The notes under the pieces were generated by a model, which ran no database searches, was not told the DNA's origin, and saw nothing but the letters and a program-made list of their open reading frames with translations. Positions 8,310-17,936 of a stretch of 64,000 nt of DNA are shown piece after piece; positions within the stretch are counted from its first letter, which is position 1, and every line of letters begins with the position of its first letter. Both the position numbers and the translations under genes were made by a program. The stretch is taken from the NCBI GenBank assembly GCA_041688145.1, contig JBDNIV010000017.1:35682-99681 (forward strand). The letters run 5' to 3'. This stretch comes from Chlamydiia bacterium. Its GTDB lineage: Bacteria; Chlamydiota; Chlamydiia; Chlamydiales; JAAKFQ01.

Positions 8310-10202
8310 ATGAACCTAAGACCCCTGCTTTTTGTTGTTTGCACAACAGCTTCTTTTTTCCTTATTAGCCACTTTTTTACCGTCAAACAACTGGGATCAC
8401 TTCCTATAAGTGCACCTTCTACAGAGAGTGTTGCTTCTGCTAATACCAGCTTAGTAACATCATCACCTGAATCTGACAGTAAAGCACATTCGAACAGCAG
8501 CAATTCAACCTTAAGAAAAAAAGCCCTGCCTATTGCCAAAGAAGCTAAAGCCTTAGCTCTAAAAAGCAAAACAATGCAGGTCATTTTTGACATAAACTCT
8601 GCTTCAATCTCAGAGATTAATCTTCCTCATAAGTCCATATCTCCAACAAGTGTTATCCTACCTATTGAAGCAGATGAAAAAGCTCAAAAAATTGATGGTA
8701 TAGGTAATTTTCCTATCAAAGAGGCTTATCTTGCATCAGGCGAAAAAATCTCTTCCCAAATGGGAGGCTACCACCCTCTTTTAAGGCGAGGCACAAAAGC
8801 AGATCCAATGAGAAAAGAGCATTACGCTTTTAGTCTATCGTCTGTAGAAAACAAAGAGCTTATTGAGAATCTTATATTTAAGCCTGTTGCCCACACAGAA
8901 AAAAGCCTCTCTTTTCAAGCTCATTTGCCTACATCAACCATCACAAAAACTTTTACTCTAAACCCCAAAGCACCTTATTCCTTTGACTTAGAAGTAGAAG
9001 TATCCGGAGCCCCTTTAGACCTTTGGGTGAGTTCAGGTGTGCTCGAGACGGAGCTCATCTCTAAAAGAGCCACTTCTACTATCTGTTACAAATATGAAGA
9101 TGGAGGCAAGGTTCATGTAGAATCAACCTCACTACCTAAAGACTCTTCTAATGTCTCGCCTCTTATAGCCGATTGGGTTTCTAGTTCTAACGGTTTTTTT
9201 GGTATTGTTATGCGTCCAAAAACCGCTTTAAACCAAGGCTTTAAAACGCGCCGAGTAGAAGCTCATAAAGCTCAAAGCCGCTTAAGTCACATGGACACAG
9301 TAGGTCAGTTTTCTCCAAATGATCTTTGTGGCTATGAACTTCTTTTACCTTTGAAAGCTCATGAATCTAAAGAAAAATTAAGCATCTATTCAGGCCCTTA
9401 CCATCGCGATATTTTAGCCCTCGTAGATAGTGCAGCTGAAGCAAACGGCGAAAAAGACCCCGAAGTTAAACAGGCCTCTTCATTTTTTGGCTGGTTTGCG
9501 TTTATCTCTGAGCCATTTGCAAAACTTTTATTTGTCCTTATTAACTTCTTCCATAGTTGGACAGGCTCATGGGGCATCTCTATTATCTTGCTTACTATAG
9601 CGCTGCGCGTGATGCTGTACCCTCTAAATGCTTGGGGCATACGCTCTCAGATAAAAATGCAAAAGCTTGGACCTGAGCTTGCTGCTATTAAAGCTAAACA
9701 CAGTAAAGATCCTAAAAAAGCAAATCTTGAGCAGATGAGCCTCTACCGACAAAGAGGCGTTAATCCCATATCAGGCTGTTTGCCTATGATAATTCAGCTG
9801 CCTTTCTTGATTGGTATGTTCGACCTTCTCAAATCGACATTTCAGCTGCGTGGAGCTTCTTTTATCCCTGGCTGGATCAATAATTTAGCAGCTCCTGATG
9901 TCCTCTTTACATGGGGCTATCACTTGCCTATCTTAGGCAATGAGTTTCACCTCCTTCCTGTTTTAAACGCCTTAGGTATGCTCATTCAGCAAAAATTCTC
10001 TTCTAAACTACCTAAGGACTCGAGTCTATGGACTGATCAGCAAAGGCAGCAAAAAGTCATGGGTAATGTTATGGCTATTGTTCTTTTGTTTATCTTTTAC
10101 AATATGCCTGCAGGCTTAAACATCTACTTCTTGTCTTCAATGCTTTTAGCTGTTTTCCAGCAGTGGGCTATGGAAAAATATATGAAGAAAAAGGCTAGTT
10201 GA
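8310..10202 (+). CDS. yidC: membrane protein insertase YidC
   Basis: WGISIILLT, PISGCLP..IQLP, WINNLAAPD and PAGLNIY motifs. Start reassigned to ATG 8310, after the TPR stop. Confidence 0.95.
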   Translation: MNLRPLLFVVCTTASFFLISHFFTVKQLGSLPISAPSTESVASANTSLVTSSPESDSKAHSNSSNSTLRKKALPIAKEAKALALKSKTMQVIFDINSASISEINLPHKSISPTSVILPIEADEKAQKIDGIGNFPIKEAYLASGEKISSQMGGYHPLLRRGTKADPMRKEHYAFSLSSVENKELIENLIFKPVAHTEKSLSFQAHLPTSTITKTFTLNPKAPYSFDLEVEVSGAPLDLWVSSGVLETELISKRATSTICYKYEDGGKVHVESTSLPKDSSNVSPLIADWVSSSNGFFGIVMRPKTALNQGFKTRRVEAHKAQSRLSHMDTVGQFSPNDLCGYELLLPLKAHESKEKLSIYSGPYHRDILALVDSAAEANGEKDPEVKQASSFFGWFAFISEPFAKLLFVLINFFHSWTGSWGISIILLTIALRVMLYPLNAWGIRSQIKMQKLGPELAAIKAKHSKDPKKANLEQMSLYRQRGVNPISGCLPMIIQLPFLIGMFDLLKSTFQLRGASFIPGWINNLAAPDVLFTWGYHLPILGNEFHLLPVLNALGMLIQQKFSSKLPKDSSLWTDQQRQQKVMGNVMAIVLLFIFYNMPAGLNIYFLSSMLLAVFQQWAMEKYMKKKAS

Positions 10203-10268
10203 TAAAAAGGCTTTCTTGTGAATAATGGGGCAACGCTACCTCAAAGCCCATAGCCCCTGTAACCGCCG

Positions 10269-11582
10269 ATGCATATTTGGAAAGCTTTTGTCTTAACTCA
10301 AAAAAACCGCCTTCCTGCGAGATGCTGTAAATGGCTCGATGAGATAGAGCTTGTCCATTATGACGCGAGACGAATTGAGCTAAAAGCGCCCTCAGCTTTT
10401 TTGGCCGCATGGTTTGATGAACATCTGCGCTCTTCTTTAGAAAAATTTGCTCAAAGCACCTCTTCTCGAAGAATAAAAATAGAGATTACCCTTCCCAATG
10501 AGCTTGTAAAATTACCTCCAAAGCCTCTAATTGAGCAGGCTCCTTTAAACCCTCTTTTTACCTTTCAAAACTTTGCTTTTTGGGATAATAATAGCCTTTG
10601 GAAGGGCGCTCTAAGTCATTTAGACCACTACAATCCCCTCTACTTTTTTGGCCCTAAGGGATCAGGGAAAACCCATCTAATGCAAGCGTTTGCCCACAAG
10701 TTCCAACAAGAAAAAAAACGCGTCCTTTTTATAAGTGCAAAAAGCTTTCAAGAAGCTTTTATATATGCTATTCGCTCTAACCAGGTATCCACTTTTAGAG
10801 CGCATTTTACAAATTTAGAGGCTCTTCTTATTGATGACATTGACCACTTAGCAGGAAAGCCTGCTACTTTGGAGGCTTTTTTTCATGTTTTTAATTCCCT
10901 CCATGAGCAAAAGGCTCAGCTTTTTTTCTCAAGTAATAAAGCCCCTCACCATATTGAAGGCCTAGAATCTAGGATTGTATCCAGACTTCAGTGGGGTCTT
11001 TGTCTTAAGCTTGAAAGTCCTGCTGAAAAAGGACTTACAGCTCTTTTAGAAAAAAAAGCCCTTGCTCTGGGAGTTGACCTTGTAAGCGCATCTCATATAC
11101 TCAAACTGATTATGGGACGCTCTAAAAAACCTCATGAGTGCGTAAGAGCTCTAGAAGGCTTTATTTTGAACGAACACCTAGAAGGCAAGTCCTTTCACAC
11201 GCTTAGCTCAAACGCTCTTTCAGAGCGCTTACAATGCCTTATGCATGCACAGAAATCACTTACCCCTGAAGTGCTTATCCAGGCCGTAAGCCATTTTTAT
11301 AAAATTCCCACAGAAGACCTCCTCGGCAAAAGTAAAGCACATGCATTTTCTCGTCCGAGAAAAATTGCCATGTATCTATGTAAAAAAGAGCTTAAACTCT
11401 CTTACCCTGCTATAGGAAAAATCTTTGCTAGGGATCACTCTACCGTCATAAATGCTGTTCGCTCTTGTGAAAATTCGCAGCTAGTCGATGCTCATACGCT
11501 TGATAAGCTTCTTCAATCAGCCTCCAAAGAGATCGCTAGTTTCTCAAGCTTAGAAAAGGCCTCATCAAAAAAGCCTGTGTAA
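10269..11582 (+). CDS. dnaA: chromosomal replication initiator DnaA (chlamydial yidC-linked paralogue)
   Basis: Walker A GPKGSGKTHL, Walker B LLIDDI, RIVSRLQWG and domain IV RDHSTV. Confidence 0.93.
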   Translation: MHIWKAFVLTQKNRLPARCCKWLDEIELVHYDARRIELKAPSAFLAAWFDEHLRSSLEKFAQSTSSRRIKIEITLPNELVKLPPKPLIEQAPLNPLFTFQNFAFWDNNSLWKGALSHLDHYNPLYFFGPKGSGKTHLMQAFAHKFQQEKKRVLFISAKSFQEAFIYAIRSNQVSTFRAHFTNLEALLIDDIDHLAGKPATLEAFFHVFNSLHEQKAQLFFSSNKAPHHIEGLESRIVSRLQWGLCLKLESPAEKGLTALLEKKALALGVDLVSASHILKLIMGRSKKPHECVRALEGFILNEHLEGKSFHTLSSNALSERLQCLMHAQKSLTPEVLIQAVSHFYKIPTEDLLGKSKAHAFSRPRKIAMYLCKKELKLSYPAIGKIFARDHSTVINAVRSCENSQLVDAHTLDKLLQSASKEIASFSSLEKASSKKPV

Positions 11583-12409
11583 GCTTGATCTATTCTTTTG
11601 TGGACAAGATGGATACACTCTGGATTATTTTGCTTAGTACCCTTGGTAAAAGAGCTTTGATCCAAGAGAATTTGTAGGTTTATTTGCTCAAGAGTCTCTT
11701 TTATACTCTTTTGAAACTCTTTGAGCTGCCGGACAAAAGGGTGCTCTATTCCAAGGGCCTTTGTCAGCAAAGACAAACTTTTATCGGAAATGAGCACACT
11801 CTTACAAAAAAACCGACCCGCAAGAGCTGACTTTTCTTCAGAAGTTGCAGCTTTTTGAAAACTTCTTTGCCAAAACAAGCACTCTTTTTTGAATAAGTGT
11901 TCAAGCTCTTTTGGGTGATAAAGCTTGCCTAGTTTTTTTTCGACCGTATAGCTTAAGCCTTGTTCGTAACCCTCTTTTCGCATCTTTGCAACCATTAAAG
12001 GTACTCTAAGTGCTCCATATCTTTGTGCTTTATCCTCCCACTGTGAGGCGCTTTGCAGGCGATCATAAAGAGGCTTTACTCCAAGACTTAGGCTTATAAG
12101 GCTGGAAATTACAGGACTAAGATAAGCTTCCAAGGCCCATTTTATAGTGCAAGCTGCAAAAATCCATAGGAGACAATGCCAAGCGCTTGCTATCCGCATA
12201 ATACGCCCTTGTAATTGACAATCTTTGGCAAGAGTTAAGTGGTCCTCAGATTTTTCCAATAACAAGGCTCCATCAATGAGATACGCCTTTCCCAATTCCT
12301 GTACGCGATTATCTAAGTTTTTTTCTAAAACGCTTTTACTGACCTCATCAAAATTAAAAGAAGGAGTCCACTCAACACAGCAGTTTAGTGCTACAGAAGC
12401 TACTGTCAA
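11513..12409 (-). CDS. hypothetical membrane protein (paralogue of 12406..13506)
   Basis: Shared YLIDG, GYExG, HPxEL and Y.xFFxEA motifs; hydrophobic hairpin. Confidence 0.7.
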   Translation of the reverse strand: MTVASVALNCCVEWTPSFNFDEVSKSVLEKNLDNRVQELGKAYLIDGALLLEKSEDHLTLAKDCQLQGRIMRIASAWHCLLWIFAACTIKWALEAYLSPVISSLISLSLGVKPLYDRLQSASQWEDKAQRYGALRVPLMVAKMRKEGYEQGLSYTVEKKLGKLYHPKELEHLFKKECLFWQRSFQKAATSEEKSALAGRFFCKSVLISDKSLSLLTKALGIEHPFVRQLKEFQKSIKETLEQINLQILLDQSSFTKGTKQNNPECIHLVHKRIDQAYTGFFDEAFSKLEKLAISLEAD

Positions 12410-13506
12410 AATATAGCTCCTATTTTATCTGCCTGTTTTTCGCTCTTGTGTAAATCGTTTAAATAACGCTCTGCACAAGGATGCGCCTCTTCTAAAAAAG
12501 CTTTAGCCTCATTAAAAAAAGAACCGTAATGAGACATCCACTCTTTGCGCTGCACTTTAATTTTATAATCCCGCTCGAATGCGAGCCTATTTTTCTCCAC
12601 TTCTTCTCGGAGATAATCCCGCTTCGTCTCGATATAAGAAGTGCCATCTCTCATATAATGAATCTGAGTTCTCCAGTAAATAACACTATTGATGCGATTT
12701 TGGTAAATCACTTTTAAAGTGCTGATTTCCCCTAGATACTTCTTATCAAAGCTTTCATAAAGTTCTAAACGCCTATTTTCAAAATGCTTGCTCAAGCTAG
12801 ACAAGTCACGAGTAAAAGAGCTGTCCATAAGATCTAAACTACCAAAAAGCGCTTTGCCAAAAAGGTTGCTTTGAAAAACAGTAAAAGCGAGTTTTGCTTT
12901 CTTACAATTACCTAAAGAGCTTTGCTTTTTGAGATCAATTAAGCTTTTCATATAGAGATATCTTAGCTCCTCTGGGTGAAAAGCGTCGCAAGGCAGTTTT
13001 GGATCAAGTCCCAAAGCCTCCTTTTGAATCTTATAAAATCCCTTCTCATAGCCGAGCCGTCTTATTTTTGCGATGTCTTTAGCTAGAGTTGAAGATCTAG
13101 AAATATAAACAGGTATCATATCGAGTAGGATGTGCACTACAACCCCAAACCCAACAATTGTAATAGGTATTATGGGGTTCATAAAATACACTCCAGCTAC
13201 AGCAGTGCTCAATATGATAGGCACCAACATAGTCCCTAGAGATGGATGCTTTTTTAAAAGCTTTTTCGTGTAGGTAGATCTTTCATTAATTTCTCTAAGC
13301 GCTACTACCCCATCAATCAGATAATATTTCTTCCCTTCTAATGAGCTCTTAGGGTGGTATGCGTCTTCTTGAATAGAGCTTGCAGCTACTTTTAAAATGC
13401 GCTCTTTCAGAGGCTTAGCTACTTTTTCAGACATAGACTGAAGATCTAAGCCCTCTTCTCTAAAAGAAGTTAAAGGGTCTGAATATCCTATTAAAGAAAG
13501 GCTCAT
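12406..13506 (-). CDS. hypothetical Inc-like membrane protein
   Basis: Bilobed hydrophobic stretch (LVPIILSTAVAGVYFMNPIIPITIVGFGVVVHILL); GGAG RBS; ATGA overlap with its paralogue. Confidence 0.75.
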   Translation of the reverse strand: MSLSLIGYSDPLTSFREEGLDLQSMSEKVAKPLKERILKVAASSIQEDAYHPKSSLEGKKYYLIDGVVALREINERSTYTKKLLKKHPSLGTMLVPIILSTAVAGVYFMNPIIPITIVGFGVVVHILLDMIPVYISRSSTLAKDIAKIRRLGYEKGFYKIQKEALGLDPKLPCDAFHPEELRYLYMKSLIDLKKQSSLGNCKKAKLAFTVFQSNLFGKALFGSLDLMDSSFTRDLSSLSKHFENRRLELYESFDKKYLGEISTLKVIYQNRINSVIYWRTQIHYMRDGTSYIETKRDYLREEVEKNRLAFERDYKIKVQRKEWMSHYGSFFNEAKAFLEEAHPCAERYLNDLHKSEKQADKIGAIF

Positions 13507-13557
13507 AATAGCTCCGATTCCTAAAAATTAAGGAGCTTGAGGCTAACACAAGAGAGT

Positions 13558-14889
13558 CTAAACGGGATAGATATTTTCTATAAAAACAAGCAAGATGAGA
13601 GCTATAGCTATGAACTTCCATGTTAATTTGAAGTAGATATAGAGCCCTTTTTTTTCTAGCTTAGGGTGATTTGCCCCCTGTTCAATTTCTTCTAGAGCGC
13701 GCCTAGACTTCCAGACCCATCCAATAATTATAGCAACTATAAGACTGCCTAAAGGCACTAAGATGTTGAGAGAGAAAAAGGAAATAATATCGTAAAAAGC
13801 CCATCCATATGCAAAGGAAAGCGCACTGGGTAATCCAACAAGAAAGCAGAGTAAAGCGCAGAGCATAACCGCTGCTTTTCTTTTCCATCCTTTTTCCTGT
13901 AGATAGCAGATGAAAGGCTCCATAGCTGATATTTGAGATGTCAAAGCTGCTATAGCTACTAGCAAGAAAAAGAGTACAGAGAAAAAGTACCCTCCAGGAA
14001 GAGAGGAAAAAGCGACAGGCAGAAGAGAGAAAATAAGGCCTGACCCTGCTGCTTTACTCGCTTGTGATACGCCAGCGATACTAAAAATCGCAAATACACT
14101 TAAAAGAGCCGCTACTGTATCAAACAAAACTACCATAGCGCAGCTTGCGACGATATTTGTTTTTTTAGAAAGATAGCTGCCATAAGTGATCATAGTCCCT
14201 TGCCCTAAGCTTAAAGTAAAAAAAGCTTGCCCAAGAGCAATTAAAACACCTGCTCCAGTGAGCTTAGAAAAGTCCATGCTAAACAGAAAATTAAGCTGCC
14301 CTTTTTCTATATGAGAAAAGCCTTGAATGATGAGAATAATAAGGATAAGAAAAAGAAGCGGAATTAACCAACGGCTCACCCATTCAATGCCTCTTCGGAC
14401 TCCACCGACTAAGACAAGAGCGCTTAAGGCTACAAAAATAGCCTGAAAACCAATACTCCAGCTGGGGTTGTGTATCAAGTGATCGAAATAAGCAGCTGCT
14501 TTAGTTGAAGTGTCTAAATGCACTACATGGCCTATAATCGCTTGCCATAAGTAACCGATGACCCAGCCTGCAATAACCCCATAAAAGGAGCTAATCAAAA
14601 AACCTGTTAAAATTGAGAGTTTACCACATCCACGCCAAAAAACCTTTCTTCGAGCCACCGAAGCAAAAGCTCCAGGAGGACTCGATTTTCCATGACGCCC
14701 TAAAGAGACTTCAGCTACAAGTAAAGGAAAGCTAATCAGCAAAAGAAAGGCAAAATAAACAATGAGAAAAGCGCCTCCTCCATTTTGACCTACGACATAA
14801 GGAAAGCGCCAAATATTCGCAAGGCCAATAGCAGACCCAGCAGCAGCCGTTATAAATCCAAACTTTGTGCCCCATGTCTCTTTTTGCAT
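13558..14889 (-). CDS. sodium-dependent transporter, NSS/SNF family
   Basis: GSAIGLANIWRFPY, NGGGAFL and QAFFTLSLGQG..ITYGSY motifs. Confidence 0.95.
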   Translation of the reverse strand: MQKETWGTKFGFITAAAGSAIGLANIWRFPYVVGQNGGGAFLIVYFAFLLLISFPLLVAEVSLGRHGKSSPPGAFASVARRKVFWRGCGKLSILTGFLISSFYGVIAGWVIGYLWQAIIGHVVHLDTSTKAAAYFDHLIHNPSWSIGFQAIFVALSALVLVGGVRRGIEWVSRWLIPLLFLILIILIIQGFSHIEKGQLNFLFSMDFSKLTGAGVLIALGQAFFTLSLGQGTMITYGSYLSKKTNIVASCAMVVLFDTVAALLSVFAIFSIAGVSQASKAAGSGLIFSLLPVAFSSLPGGYFFSVLFFLLVAIAALTSQISAMEPFICYLQEKGWKRKAAVMLCALLCFLVGLPSALSFAYGWAFYDIISFFSLNILVPLGSLIVAIIIGWVWKSRRALEEIEQGANHPKLEKKGLYIYFKLTWKFIAIALILLVFIENIYPV

Positions 14890-15006
14890 CGCTTAACCTA
14901 TATATTCTATTCTCTTAAAAGCTGTCTTTTTACAACTTTCTTAAGTTTTTCCTCACCATACAAAACCTAAAAAATAAGCGCACGCTTTTCTCTTAAGCAC
15001 TTTTTT

Positions 15007-15696
15007 TTAATCTCCTTTAATCTGTAAGAATGCAAAAGCCTCTCCCCAAGGAAAAATGACCTTCTTCCGTTTTTTTACATAAAAGGGAGTGTCTTTATCG
15101 CACTCTTTTAAAGGGAAGCTAATTGTGATAAGTCGACATCCTTTAGGAGCTGACTTAAGCGCCTGGCTTAGCTTTTGTATGTAAGCCTCATCAAAGCCTG
15201 TAGAATAGAAATAAATGCACTGCGCTAAAGAGTAGTCTATATCAAGCAGATCACTACATATAAATTGCACTGAATTTTCAACGGTAGATTGATCTGTAAG
15301 ACCTTGTCTACACACCTTTTGAGCTTTTTCAATAAAAGGCTCAAAACGATCGACACCGGTTGCTTTGCAACCTAAACATAAACTCAACCAAAGTGAAGAC
15401 CTCCCTGTACCACAGCCAAGCTCGAAGACATGCATGCCTTTAGAAACATTTGCAAGCTTCGCTAGTTCTTCTAAAGTTTTTAGGGGTGTGTGTCCAAAAG
15501 GTGGAAGGGTTTGCTCAATAGAGCCTACTTGCTTCCACTTCTTAGATCGAGCGAGATGGTAGGCGCCAAAAAGGCCGTAAGCTCTTTTCAGTCTTTGATC
15601 TGCTCTTCTGAAAGCAGGCGCACGCCTATACCATTTTAGCGTTGTTAAAAGCTCAATAAAAGGGCCTTTGACCCTTTGAAGCAGCTCAGATCTCAC
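15007..15696 (-). CDS. class I SAM-dependent methyltransferase
   Basis: ELGCGTG motif I and FGHTP. Start reassigned to GTG 15696 just after the upstream stop (uncertain). Confidence 0.8.
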   Translation of the reverse strand: MRSELLQRVKGPFIELLTTLKWYRRAPAFRRADQRLKRAYGLFGAYHLARSKKWKQVGSIEQTLPPFGHTPLKTLEELAKLANVSKGMHVFELGCGTGRSSLWLSLCLGCKATGVDRFEPFIEKAQKVCRQGLTDQSTVENSVQFICSDLLDIDYSLAQCIYFYSTGFDEAYIQKLSQALKSAPKGCRLITISFPLKECDKDTPFYVKKRKKVIFPWGEAFAFLQIKGD

Positions 15697-15703
15697 AGAA
15701 AGT

Positions 15704-16702
15704 CTACCAGTTGATTGTCTGTCCTGGATATAGTACTCGAAAAGCCTCTGATTGCAAACCTTTCTCTTTTTTAGCCCTTTCGAGATCAACTATAGGGCGA
15801 AAACGTTCTTCAGTAGAAAGGCGAAAAGTATTCCAATGGCAGCCTACACTTAAGCTTGAACCTACTTCTTTGTGGATATCAGCTGCTTGATAAGGATCAA
15901 TATGCATAGGGCTTTGAAAAGCTCTTGGGGCAAAAGCTCCAATAGGAATCAAGCTTAAGTCCATCTTACCAAAATGCTCCCCAATAGCTTTAAAGTCTTT
16001 GTCGTTATATCCAGTATCCCCTGCGAAGTAAAAACGCTTATAGAGTTTTTGCTTTTTTTCCATTTGAACTACAAACCCTGACCATAAGCTTTTATTGCGA
16101 TCAAAAAAGCCTCTTCCCGAAAAGTGCTGCGCTGGCACAGCTGTAATGGAGAGCTTCATAGACCCTAAAGGAACCTTGTGGCTCTGCCACCAGTCGAGCT
16201 CAACAACTTTATGGATTTTGCGCTTATGAAACCATGGGCTTAAACCCCGTGGAACTATCCATGAAATTTCAGGATGAAGCTCATGAAGCTTTTTAACGCT
16301 CTTACTATCTAAGTGATCATAGTGATTGTGGCTAATAAGAACGTAATCTACTCTGCCAAGCTCTTTTATATCAAAAGGTGCTTCATGTTGCCTTTTCGGC
16401 CCTAAGACCTGAGAAGGAGAGCAGCGTTTACTCCAAACAGGATCTGTTAGAAAAACTACTCCATCTACCTGAAGCACAAAGGTAGAGTGCCCAGCCCAAG
16501 TAACACTTGGGCTTTCAAAGCAAACCTTCTCTTCAGAAAATATCATCTCAAACCCCTCGGGGACCTTGAGCTCTTCTTGTATATCTCTATATTTGCCCAT
16601 AGCCCATAAAAGCCCATCTTTAAGAGCTCTTTTATCATCGATGATATGAGGATTGACGAAGAGGCGCCCTTTTTGAGCAGCTTGTATTTTCTTATGCATC
16701 AT
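15704..16702 (-). CDS. MBL-fold metallo-hydrolase (NAPE-PLD/RomA-like)
   Basis: WAGHST, SHNHYDH, PAQHFSGR, FAGDTGY, PIGAF and HWNTF motifs. Confidence 0.92.
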   Translation of the reverse strand: MMHKKIQAAQKGRLFVNPHIIDDKRALKDGLLWAMGKYRDIQEELKVPEGFEMIFSEEKVCFESPSVTWAGHSTFVLQVDGVVFLTDPVWSKRCSPSQVLGPKRQHEAPFDIKELGRVDYVLISHNHYDHLDSKSVKKLHELHPEISWIVPRGLSPWFHKRKIHKVVELDWWQSHKVPLGSMKLSITAVPAQHFSGRGFFDRNKSLWSGFVVQMEKKQKLYKRFYFAGDTGYNDKDFKAIGEHFGKMDLSLIPIGAFAPRAFQSPMHIDPYQAADIHKEVGSSLSVGCHWNTFRLSTEERFRPIVDLERAKKEKGLQSEAFRVLYPGQTINW

Positions 16703-16886
16703 GCTTCTTGGGAATAGTGGTTATAATTTAACTAATACCCAAAAAACAAAGATTAGTCAAACTAATATTCAACTAAATTAAACTAATTTATAAAAAATAG
16801 CTTCTTTTTTTTAAAATTAAAAAGAAGCCCCTGATATCAACAAGAAAAGATAAGGTTACTTATCTTTGATTACACCCTGTCTAAAA

Positions 16887-17270
16887 CTAAATTTTTGTGG
16901 GATAAAAGTGTGCCCCGCTACTTATAGTCCTAGAATTTAGATTAATCCTTAGCCTATGGGCTAAATTTGCATTACCTATGCCAGATGGAGATGAAAATAA
17001 TATACGCCTTGCAGCTAAAATAACCCTTTTAAGTGAATAGAAAGGGACATTTTGCGAACTGCTGTCCCCTCTCTTCTCTACCATTTTTTCAGAGGTTAAT
17101 GCCATAGGACGAGAATAAGTGTAACTATGATGCATACCCATCCCATTAGACTCAAACAATCCACGAAAAAATCTAAGATTGATCGTTGCAGCATTAGAAT
17201 GCTGCTGGGACAGAATAGGCCTAACACAGTTTTTATAAGTATCAGACCTTAGAATTAAACCTAAAACCAT
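16887..17270 (-). CDS. hypothetical protein (doubtful)
   Basis: 127-aa ORF with AAGGTG upstream; no motif. Confidence 0.35.
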   Translation of the reverse strand: MVLGLILRSDTYKNCVRPILSQQHSNAATINLRFFRGLFESNGMGMHHSYTYSRPMALTSEKMVEKRGDSSSQNVPFYSLKRVILAARRILFSSPSGIGNANLAHRLRINLNSRTISSGAHFYPTKI

Positions 17271-17392
17271 AAAATCACCTTTATTAAGGAATTCATAAAA
17301 ACATTAAATATAAACATATTTTAGCGAACTAAATGTTAAAAAACATTAAAAATACAAATTTAAAATAAAGTGTATTAAAAGAATGCCCTAAA

Positions 17393-17878
17393 TCAGGCAG
17401 TAGTGACCTTTCCGAGATCTTTTAGGTGTGAAAAAAGCCCTTCTAGAGACTCTTCAAGTATATCAAGAACATGCTCAAAAGCCTCTTGCCCTAGCTGATA
17501 GGGGTCAGGAATATCGGCTTTAGGGTATTTCTTGCTCCATTCGCAGATGAGCTTGATTCTCTTTTTAGACTCTTCTGAGGGCGCATGTTCTTTTAGATGC
17601 TCGGCAATCTCTTCAGTAGCTGCAAGCACATAAAGAGAAGTCTCCATATCTTCTGGGGTAATCGCCTCTGATTTTCCCGGAATCTCAAATCCCCGCTTTT
17701 TTGCTGCTTCACGCATCTGGTAGCTTGAAGGATCTCCAATATTCCATCGGGTAATAGCCCGGCTGCAGATGTCGAGGTTATGCTTTGCTTTTTTTTGCTT
17801 ACACATATGCTTAAAAAGAGCCTCTGCTGCAGGTGATCGACAGATGTTTCCTAGACAGACAAAAATTACCTTTTCCAT
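17393..17878 (-). CDS. low molecular weight protein-tyrosine phosphatase
   Basis: P-loop CLGNICRS and DPY motif. Confidence 0.93.
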   Translation of the reverse strand: MEKVIFVCLGNICRSPAAEALFKHMCKQKKAKHNLDICSRAITRWNIGDPSSYQMREAAKKRGFEIPGKSEAITPEDMETSLYVLAATEEIAEHLKEHAPSEESKKRIKLICEWSKKYPKADIPDPYQLGQEAFEHVLDILEESLEGLFSHLKDLGKVTTA

Positions 17879-17936
17879 AATTGCTTTTCCTTTTTTCTAT
17901 TTTTTCTGTTCTTGTGAGCACATCTCAATAAGAGAT

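Noticed and set aside
10203..10268. Possible oriC next to dnaA
   Set aside because: The gap is only 66 nt and I see no TTATCCACA-like boxes.
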